From the NCBI GenBank assembly GCA_937914605.1, contig CALDNV010000399.1, positions 1 through 36,574 on the forward strand: 36,574 nt of DNA, written 5' to 3'. The stretch's first letter is position 1. Each line of letters opens with the position of its first letter. A program made the translations under genes and the position numbers. Under the pieces are notes generated by a model that saw nothing but the letters and a program-made list of their open reading frames with translations, was not told where the DNA came from and did no database searches. The stretch comes from an uncultured Neisseria sp. GTDB taxonomy: Bacteria > Pseudomonadota > Gammaproteobacteria > Burkholderiales > Neisseriaceae. Positions 20,473-29,946 of this stretch are shown in pieces.

Positions 20473-20599
20473 TAATTTTAGCAACTGATTGATTTGTTTG
20501 TTTTTTGATGGTTTTGCTCTTTTGGCTTTGTCAACAATCGCATTCAAAGGTCGTCTGAAAACGTTCCGCTCCGATTGACTTCCTATTAATAAAAATATT

Positions 20600-22120
20600 A
20601 TGCACCTGATTGATTATTCACATTCGTTTTTATCCGTCGTGTCGCCGTTTTTGGCATTGGCGCTTGCCGTCATCACCCGCCGCGTGCTGCTGTCTTTGGG
20701 CATCGGTATCTTGGTCGGCGTTGCCTTTTTGGTCGGCGGCAGCCCGATTGACGGACTGACACACCTGAAAGACATGGTGGTCGGACTGGCTTGGGCAGAC
20801 GGCGATTGGTCGCTGGGAAAACCTAAAATCCTGATTTTCTTATTGTTGCTCGGTATTTTCACTTCTCTTTTAACCTTTTCGGGCAGCAATCAGGCGTTTG
20901 CCGATTGGGCGAAGCAACACATCAAAGGGCGGCGCGGCGCAAAAATGCTGACTGCCTGCCTCGTATTCGTTACCTTTATCGACGACTATTTCCACAGTCT
21001 TGCCGTCGGTGCGATTGCACGCCCCGTTACCGACAAATTCAAAGTTTCCCGCGCCAAACTGGCGTATATCCTTGATTCCACTGCTGCGCCGATGTGCGTA
21101 CTGATGCCGGTTTCAAGCTGGGGCGCATCGATTATCGCCACGCTGGCAGGTCTGCTCGTTACCTACCACATCACCGGATACACGCCGATGGGTGTGTTCG
21201 TCGCCATGAGCCTGATGAATTATTACGCCCTGTTCGCGCTGATCATGGTGTTTGTCGTCGCTTGGTTTTCTTTCGACATCGGCTCGATGGCGCGCCTTGA
21301 AAAAGCGGCATTGCAGGAAACCCATGACGAATCCGCCGGCTCGGACGGCCCTAAAGGCAGGGTTTACGCGCTGATTATCCCTGTTTTGGTGTTGATCGCA
21401 TCCACCGTTTCCGCCATGATTTACACAGGCGCGCAGGCAAGCGAAACCTTCACTATTTTGGGCGCGTTTGAAAATACCGATGTAAACACTTCGCTGGTGT
21501 TCGGCGGTGCTTGCGGCGTACTCGCCGTCGTCCTCTGCACGCTCGGCACCATCAAGGCCGCCGACTATCCCAAAGCCGTCCGTCAGGGCATATCTTCGAT
21601 GTTCGGCGCGATTACCATCCTGATTCTTGCCTGGCTCATCAGCACCGTCGTCAGCGAAATGCACACCGGCGACTACCTCTCCACGCTGGTTGCAGACAAC
21701 ATCCATCCTGGCTTCCTGCCCGTCATCCTCTTCCTGCTTGCCAGCGTGATGGCGTTCGCCACAGGCACAAGCTGGGGCACGTTCGGCATTATGCTGCCGA
21801 TTGCCGCCGCGATGGCGGTTAAAGTCGATGCCTCGTTGGTTATCCCGTGTATGTCCGCCGTGATGGCAGGCGCGGTGTGCGGCGACCACTGTTCGCCCAT
21901 TTCTGACACCACCATCCTGTCCTCCACCGGCGCGCATTGCAACCACATCGACCACGTTACATCGCAACTGCCTTACGCCCTGACCGTCGCAGGCGCGGCA
22001 GCGGCAGGCTACCTCGTGTTGGGCATGACGCAATCGGCTTGGCTGGGCTTTTTCGCCACCGGCGTTGTCATGACCGCCCTCATCTTCATACTGAAAGACA
22101 AAAAAGGCAAAGCTGCCTGA
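20600..22120 (+). CDS. NhaC-family transporter (LysW-like putative amino-acid transporter)
   Basis: FIDDYFHSL, AYILDSTAAP, ATGTSWGTFGIM and GDHCSPISDTTILSS motifs. Confidence 0.88.
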   Translation: MHLIDYSHSFLSVVSPFLALALAVITRRVLLSLGIGILVGVAFLVGGSPIDGLTHLKDMVVGLAWADGDWSLGKPKILIFLLLLGIFTSLLTFSGSNQAFADWAKQHIKGRRGAKMLTACLVFVTFIDDYFHSLAVGAIARPVTDKFKVSRAKLAYILDSTAAPMCVLMPVSSWGASIIATLAGLLVTYHITGYTPMGVFVAMSLMNYYALFALIMVFVVAWFSFDIGSMARLEKAALQETHDESAGSDGPKGRVYALIIPVLVLIASTVSAMIYTGAQASETFTILGAFENTDVNTSLVFGGACGVLAVVLCTLGTIKAADYPKAVRQGISSMFGAITILILAWLISTVVSEMHTGDYLSTLVADNIHPGFLPVILFLLASVMAFATGTSWGTFGIMLPIAAAMAVKVDASLVIPCMSAVMAGAVCGDHCSPISDTTILSSTGAHCNHIDHVTSQLPYALTVAGAAAAGYLVLGMTQSAWLGFFATGVVMTALIFILKDKKGKAA

Positions 22121-22190
22121 TGTGTTTTCCCGTTTTCAGACGACCTTCAATACTTTAAGGTCGTCTGAAAACATTTTAAGGAATCCAAAA

Positions 22191-23279
22191 ATGAACGCTC
22201 CCCATTCCATCCCGCGCGGCCCCGTTATGGCAGACGTCGCCGCCTACTGTCTGACCGAAGAAGAAAAACAACGCCTACTCGACCCGTCTATCGGCGGCGT
22301 GATTCTGTTCCGCCGCAACTTCGAAAACGTCGGGCAGCTCAAAGCCCTTGTTCAAGAAATCAAAGCACTGCGCACGCCCGAACTCATCATCGCCGTCGAT
22401 CACGAAGGCGGCAGGGTACAACGCTTCATCGAAGGCTTCACCCGACTGCCCGCCATGAACACCTTAGGGCAGATTTGGGATACCGAAGGCGAAGCCGCCG
22501 CCAAAGAAAAAGCCGAGCAGGTCGGCTGGGTATTGGCAACGGAGCTGACCGCCTGCGGCATAGACCTCTCCTTTACGCCCGTCCTCGACCTCGATTGGGG
22601 GGCATGCCCCGTCATCGGCAACCGCAGTTTCCACCGAAACGCCGACACCGTAACCCAACTTGCCCTTGCCCTGCAAAAAGGTCTGAACCGGGGCGGCATG
22701 AAATCCTGCGGCAAACATTTCCCCGGACACGGATTCGTCGAAGGCGACAGCCATTTGGTGCAACCCGAAGACACGCGCAGCCTTGCCGAACTCGAAGCTG
22801 CCGACATGATTCCGTTCCGCGCCTTAAGCAGCGCAGGCATGGCGGCGGTCATGCCCGCCCACGTCGTTTACCCGCAAATTGACGGCAAACCCGCCGGTTT
22901 CTCTGAAAAATGGCTCAAACAAATCCTGCGCCAAGATATTGGATTTAAAGGCGTTATCTTTTCAGACGACCTCACGATGGAAGGCGCGGGCGCAGCGGGC
23001 GGCATCAAAGAACGTGCAAACGCTTCCTTTACGGCAGGCTGCGACATCGTCCTCGTCTGCAACCGTCCCGACCTCGTGGACGAACTGCGCGACGGCTTCC
23101 AAATCCCCGTCAATCCCGATTTGGCAAACCGCTGGCAATACATGGCGAACACATTGGGCAAGGAAGCCGCCCAAGCCGTGATGCAGACGCCCGATTTCCA
23201 AGCCACCCAAGCCATGACCGCGCAACTTGCCACGCCTAAAGACACCGCCGGAGGCGTGAAAGTCGGCGAAGCGTTTTAA
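22191..23279 (+). CDS. nagZ: Beta-N-acetylglucosaminidase (GH3)
   Basis: AVDHEGGRVQR, KHFPGHG…DSH and FSDDLTM motifs. AAGGA RBS before ATG 22191. Confidence 0.96.
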   Translation: MNAPHSIPRGPVMADVAAYCLTEEEKQRLLDPSIGGVILFRRNFENVGQLKALVQEIKALRTPELIIAVDHEGGRVQRFIEGFTRLPAMNTLGQIWDTEGEAAAKEKAEQVGWVLATELTACGIDLSFTPVLDLDWGACPVIGNRSFHRNADTVTQLALALQKGLNRGGMKSCGKHFPGHGFVEGDSHLVQPEDTRSLAELEAADMIPFRALSSAGMAAVMPAHVVYPQIDGKPAGFSEKWLKQILRQDIGFKGVIFSDDLTMEGAGAAGGIKERANASFTAGCDIVLVCNRPDLVDELRDGFQIPVNPDLANRWQYMANTLGKEAAQAVMQTPDFQATQAMTAQLATPKDTAGGVKVGEAF

Positions 23280-23358
23280 AGGCGTTTGATTTAGAAAACA
23301 TGAAAAAAGGTCGTCTGAAAAGCTGAGTTGGGCTTTTTCAGACGACCTTTTGTCCGTT

Positions 23359-23428
23359 TATAGTGGATTAACTTTAAACCAGTACGGCGTTGCCTCGTCT
23401 TATCCTGATGTAAATTTAATCCACTATA
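23359..23428. mobile_element. Short (70 bp) internally deleted Correia element
   Basis: Terminal inverted repeats TATAGTGGATTAA…CCAGTACGGCGTTGCCTCG and …TTAATCCACTATA. Confidence 0.9.
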
Positions 23429-23589
23429 AAAAACGAGGCAGGTTTGAAATCACACTAAGGTGTGCTTTATTGTGTGTCTGCCTTTGAATCCGCTATAAGC
23501 AGTTCCGAACAGTAAAAAAGGTCGTCTGAAAACCTTGAATTAAGGTTTTCAGACGACCTTTCCACATCCTAAAGTCAGGACAATGAGAC

Positions 23590-24987
<1,398 letters not shown>

Positions 24988-25459
24988 CTAATTTTTTTGC
25001 CTGCCAAGCGGTTTTGATGAAAATTGTTGACATTATTTTTTTTGAGAATTTTATTATTTGGTATATATATCCAATAAAATACAAAAATATTTTTGAAAAT
25101 TTCATAATTTTAAAATAAGTTGGTTATATATTCTAAGTAATTTAACTAGAAATTTGAAACAGGAGAGTGTAAAAAATTCGATTCAGCGCAAATTTTCATG
25201 TGAAAACGGTCAATATTGTCAACAATTTTACGAAAATTACTCTTGGAAAACAGGATTAGGAAAGAAAATAACACCTTAAAAAACGAATTTTGTTTCAGAT
25301 AGAAAAACGTGTTTCAGGACAATCCATAACGGATAATGCAAAGGTCGTCTGAACCCCGTTTCCAGTTTTCAGACGACCTTGATTATGCTGTTAATCGACA
25401 AATTGCTATACAATACGCCCCAAATCATCTCCAACAACACACACCCTTAAAGGACACCA

Positions 25460-26254
25460 ATGAAAGCCTACCTCGATTTAATGCGCCACGTTCTCGAAAA
25501 CGGTACCGATAAATCCGACCGTACCGGTACAGGCACTCGTTCGGTGTTCGGCTATCAAATGCGCTTCGATTTGAGTCAAGGCTTTCCGCTGCTGACTACC
25601 AAAAAGCTGCACCTGCGCTCGATTATCCATGAGCTGCTTTGGTTTCTCAAAGGCGATACCAACATCAAATATTTGAAAGATAATAATGTTTCCATTTGGG
25701 ACGAATGGGCGGACGAAAATGGCGACTTGGGGCCTGTGTACGGCTACCAATGGCGCAGTTGGCCTGCACCCGACGGCCGCCATATCGACCAAATTGCCAA
25801 CGTCGTGGAGCAAATCAAGAAAAACCCTGATTCCCGCCGCCTGATTGTGTCGGCATGGAATCCCGCGCTGGTGGATGAAATGGCATTGCCGCCCTGCCAT
25901 GCGCTGTTTCAGTTTTACGTTGCCAACGGCAAATTGTCCTGCCAGCTTTACCAACGCAGCGCAGATATTTTCCTCGGTGTGCCGTTTAACATTGCCAGTT
26001 ACGCGCTGTTGACCATGATGATTGCCCAAGTCTGCGGGTTGGAGGCGGGCGAATTTATCCATACTTTGGGCGATGCGCATCTGTACAGCAACCATTTCGA
26101 ACAGGCAAAACTGCAATTGAGCCGCGACACCCGCACGCTGCCGGTGATGAAAATCAATCCGGAAGTCAAAGACTTGTTTGCATTTAAGTTTGAAGATTTC
26201 GAATTGGAAGGTTACGACCCGCATCCGCACATCAAGGCTGCCGTGGCGGTGTAG
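25460..26254 (+). CDS. thyA: Thymidylate synthase
   Basis: DRTGTGT, LPPCH and [14 protein letters not shown] motifs. Confidence 0.98.
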   Translation: MKAYLDLMRHVLENGTDKSDRTGTGTRSVFGYQMRFDLSQGFPLLTTKKLHLRSIIHELLWFLKGDTNIKYLKDNNVSIWDEWADENGDLGPVYGYQWRSWPAPDGRHIDQIANVVEQIKKNPDSRRLIVSAWNPALVDEMALPPCHALFQFYVANGKLSCQLYQRSADIFLGVPFNIASYALLTMMIAQVCGLEAGEFIHTLGDAHLYSNHFEQAKLQLSRDTRTLPVMKINPEVKDLFAFKFEDFELEGYDPHPHIKAAVAV

Positions 26255-26316
26255 GGTGGAAAATAGCTAAAAGGTCGTCTGAAACTTTTTTCAGACGACC
26301 TTTTTGTTGGTTTGCT

Positions 26317-27486
26317 TCACACTTCGATTTTATTGGGCGTGAAGGTTTCCCATTTGTTGCAGGCAGGGCAGTGCCAGAAGAAGACTTGGGATTTGAAGTG
26401 GCAGTTGCGGCAGCGGTACATGACGCTGCGTTGGAGTTGGCGGCCGATGACGGAACGCATCATGTCGGCGTCGGCTTTCCATGCGGGATTCATGTCGCTG
26501 ATTTTCAAACCGAGCAGGCGGTATACGCCGTTGAGGTCGGGTTTTTGACGCACGAGGTCGATGGCAAGTTGGGCGGCTTCGTTTTCGCCTTTGAGCAGCA
26601 GGGCTTTTTCGTAAATGACGTTGATGAGGTCTAAATCGGGGAAAGTCTGCATATAACCGATGAGCCGGTTCAGCCCTTCTTCCTGTTTGCCTTGGGCGGC
26701 GTAGGCTTCGTAGAGTTTTTCGCCGACCATGCTCAGGTAGGCATGGTTTTGCTGTTCGATGGCGCCGTATGCCTCGACAGCGGCGGGGAAATTGCCCTGT
26801 TTGGTTTCGATGTCGCCCAAAATCATGTTGGCGCGGGCGCATTTTTTGTTGGCGTCCAAGGCTTTTTGGACGTTGTAACGGGCGGCGTCAAGGTTGGATT
26901 TGAACAGCGCAGTTTGGGCAAGTTCGCAATAAAACTGTGCAATTTCAAATTGGTAGGTCTGCTCGTCGTGGCTGAGGAGCTGCGCGGTTTCGATGGCTTT
27001 TTCCCAGTCGCGGTCTTGCTGGTAGATGCTGAGCAGGTGCTGACGGGCTTCGCGCGCCATGTTGCCTTCCTGCAAGCCGATGAAGATTTGTTCGGCGCGG
27101 TCAACCAAGCCTGCGCTTTGGTAGTTTTGCGCGAGTTCGAACAATACCCGCGCGCGTTTTTCGTTGACGGTATCGGGCGAGTCGAGCAGGGCTTGGTGCA
27201 TATTGATGGCTTTGTCGTTTTCGCCGCGTTGGCGGTAGAGTTTGCCCAAAGTCAGGTTGAGGTCGTAAGACTGCGGCTGCTGGTCGATGACTTCCGCCAG
27301 TTCGCGGGCGGCACGGCCGCTGTTGCGGTCAACCAATGCGTCCAGACTTTTGTAAAAGCCGGCAGGCACGCTTTTCGCCTGTTTCAACACGGTTTTCATG
27401 TCAATGCGGGCGGCAAACCAGCCCATGGCGAAAAAGACGGGCAAAAGGGTAATGGGCAGGAGGATGACCCACAATTCGTTGTCCAT
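26317..27486 (-). CDS. lapB: LPS assembly protein B (TPR repeats plus rubredoxin-like domain)
   Basis: N-terminal TM, TPR repeats (LGKLYRQRGENDKAINMHQ) and C-terminal YRCRNC…WHCPAC. Confidence 0.95.
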   Translation of the reverse strand: MDNELWVILLPITLLPVFFAMGWFAARIDMKTVLKQAKSVPAGFYKSLDALVDRNSGRAARELAEVIDQQPQSYDLNLTLGKLYRQRGENDKAINMHQALLDSPDTVNEKRARVLFELAQNYQSAGLVDRAEQIFIGLQEGNMAREARQHLLSIYQQDRDWEKAIETAQLLSHDEQTYQFEIAQFYCELAQTALFKSNLDAARYNVQKALDANKKCARANMILGDIETKQGNFPAAVEAYGAIEQQNHAYLSMVGEKLYEAYAAQGKQEEGLNRLIGYMQTFPDLDLINVIYEKALLLKGENEAAQLAIDLVRQKPDLNGVYRLLGLKISDMNPAWKADADMMRSVIGRQLQRSVMYRCRNCHFKSQVFFWHCPACNKWETFTPNKIEV

Positions 27487-27498
27487 GTGATTCCTTCT

Positions 27499-27843
27499 TT
27501 AAGGCTTGGGCGTTTGTACGGGTTGTTTGGTAGGGGCAGTCGTTTGCGGTACGGGTTGCTGCGGTACGGGGGCGGCAAGGTCTTTTTCGCTCAAATGCGC
27601 GTGTTTTTTGACTTCGGCGCGCAGGCGGTTGTTTTCGCTGCGCAGCGCCAAAAGTCTGCCGAACAGGGCGAACATGCCGAACACGATGCCGATGACAAAT
27701 GCGCCGAAGAGGACGACAATCAGCGGTAAATCGGCTTTCTGACCGGGCAGGTAGTGGAAGGCAACGCTGTCGGTATTGATGACGGCGAGCAGTAAAAACA
27801 ATAATAAAATGATGACTTTGATAATGGTGTAAATCAGTTTCAT
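27499..27843 (-). CDS. lapA: LPS assembly protein A (LapA/DUF1049)
   Basis: Two TM helices plus a coiled-coil tail, directly upstream of lapB. Confidence 0.85.
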   Translation of the reverse strand: MKLIYTIIKVIILLLFLLLAVINTDSVAFHYLPGQKADLPLIVVLFGAFVIGIVFGMFALFGRLLALRSENNRLRAEVKKHAHLSEKDLAAPVPQQPVPQTTAPTKQPVQTPKP

Positions 27844-28230
27844 GGATGTCTCCGGCGGTATGCCTGTCGGAAAGTTTTGAAAAGGTCGTCTGAAAATTCA
27901 ATAGGCGGTCGATAGGGATTCCGTTTCCAAATCCGTTTGCCGCAGATGCGGCTTAGTTTAAACGATTTGGATTGTTTCGGATAGGATGTGCGGCAGTTTT
28001 CAGACGACCTCAGGCTTCATTATATATATGTAGTACACGGTAGGCATGATTGCTGACAATGCGTATGCGTATCGGAATGGATGGTTTTCCGTATTTCTTT
28101 ATCAGGCAAGGGCTTGGGCGAAAGCTGTTTGCGAAACAAGTATTCGGACTTGTCAAAACCATCCGTACAGGCGTATCTTTCAACTTTTAATATCTAAACA
28201 GAACCAAACAGAATAAGAAAGGCAATCACC

Positions 28231-29229
28231 ATGAACAGACCCGTACCCGCCGTGTTCGGCAGCGTCTTCCACGCCCAAATGCCCGTTATCGCCCACAAGG
28301 ATGGCAAATGGCAGCCGACCGAATGGCAAACTTCCTCAGACCTCACCCTCGCGCCCGGCGCGCACGCCCTGCATTACGGCAGCGAATGCTTTGAAGGTTT
28401 AAAAGCATTCCGTCAGGCAAACGGCAAAATCGTCTTGTTCCGCCCGACGGCAAACATCGCCCGTATGCAGCAAAGCGCAGACATTTTGCACCTGCCGCGC
28501 CCCGAAACCGAAGCCTATCTGAATGCCCTGATCGAATTGGTCAAACGCGCCGCCGACGAAATTCCCGATGCGCCTGCCGCGCTGTATCTGCGTCCGACGC
28601 TCATCGGTACCGACCCCGTTATCGGCAAAGCCGGTTCGCCGTCCGAAACTGCGCTGCTCTATATCCTCGCGTCTCCGGTCGGCGACTATTTCAAAGCCGG
28701 TTCGCCCGTGAAAATTTTGGTTGAAACCGAACACATCCGCTGCGCACCGCACATGGGTCGCGTCAAATGCGGCGGCAACTACGCCTCCGCCATGCCTTGG
28801 GTGTTGAAGGCAAAAGCCGAACACGGTGCAAACCAAGTCCTGTTCTGCCCGAATGGCGACGTACAGGAAACCGGCGCGTCCAACTTTATCCTAATTAAAG
28901 GCAACGAAATCATTACCAAACCGTTAACCGACGAATTCCTCCATGGCGTTACCCGCGATTCTGTGCTGACCGTCGCCAAAGACTTGGGCTACACCGTCAG
29001 CGAACGCAATTTCACCGTGGACGAACTCAAAGCTGCAGTCGAAGAGGGCGCGGAAGCGATTCTGACCGGCACCGCCGCCGTTATCTCACCCGTAACCTCT
29101 TTTGTCATCGACGGCAAAGAAATCGAAGTGAAGAGCCAAGAACGCGGCTACGCTTTGCGTAAAGCCTTGACCGACATCCAATACGGTTTGGCGGAAGACA
29201 AACATGGCTGGTTGGTTGAAGTGTGCTGA
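28231..29229 (+). CDS. ilvE: Branched-chain amino acid aminotransferase
   Basis: LHYGSECFEGLKAF, LYLRP, KCGGNY, ETGASN, LHGVTR and TGTAA motifs. Confidence 0.96.
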   Translation: MNRPVPAVFGSVFHAQMPVIAHKDGKWQPTEWQTSSDLTLAPGAHALHYGSECFEGLKAFRQANGKIVLFRPTANIARMQQSADILHLPRPETEAYLNALIELVKRAADEIPDAPAALYLRPTLIGTDPVIGKAGSPSETALLYILASPVGDYFKAGSPVKILVETEHIRCAPHMGRVKCGGNYASAMPWVLKAKAEHGANQVLFCPNGDVQETGASNFILIKGNEIITKPLTDEFLHGVTRDSVLTVAKDLGYTVSERNFTVDELKAAVEEGAEAILTGTAAVISPVTSFVIDGKEIEVKSQERGYALRKALTDIQYGLAEDKHGWLVEVC

Positions 29230-29257
29230 TTTGATTTCGTATTAATAGAACAGATCC

Positions 29258-29299
29258 AAAGGTCGTCTGAAAGAAAATTTCTTTTCAGACGACCTTTTT
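29258..29299 (+). terminator. mucDUS terminator after ilvE
   Basis: AAAGGTCGTCTGAAAGAAAATTTCTTTTCAGACGACCTTTTT. Confidence 0.85.
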
Positions 29300-29946
29300 A
29301 TTTTGTAAACAGATTTTGTCGTGCCATTTGTAAAAAAATATCCCGATGTTTGGTGTGTTGTTGTGAAAAATAGTCACTATTTGAACTAAAAAATAAAAAA
29401 ATTTTTCTATTTTTCAAATAATTAAAAAATTTTAATATTTACTAAGTTATGAAAATGAAATTATACTAATTCAATATGCTAGAATCATTTCATTACTCGT
29501 TTGGTATATTTAGTTGCTGAAAAATGTCGAAAAAAGGGACTTAAATCGACATCGCAGTGAACTAAATAGATACTCTAGAACTCTGATAGACTTAGGTTTT
29601 CGTTTTTTAATGTAAAGCAGTGTTTAATATATTAATATGACATTACAAGATGACTGTTCCAAAGTGAGAACTTTGGAATGACTTTTACAAGATCATGAAA
29701 AGTCGTCTGAATGTTATAGGGATATTTAAGTGCGGTTTTATGTTTAAAAGGCGGAAGGATTAAAAAAAGAGCGTCAGGTTTTGAGGTTTTAGAATGAGTA
29801 ATAATCGTTACAGCTATTTAAATGACGATGGAAATGATTTCAAATCATTCGAACGACATATAAAAATCGCTGAAAAAGGGTAGGAAAGCATTGCTTTCGT
29901 TGCCTCAGACGCAAGTCTGCGGCTTTTAAACTAGGGAAAATATATT

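Noticed and set aside
20411..20599. Possible lysine riboswitch before the LysW-like transporter
   Set aside because: After the degP terminator too little sequence remains, and it is T-rich without the L-box architecture.
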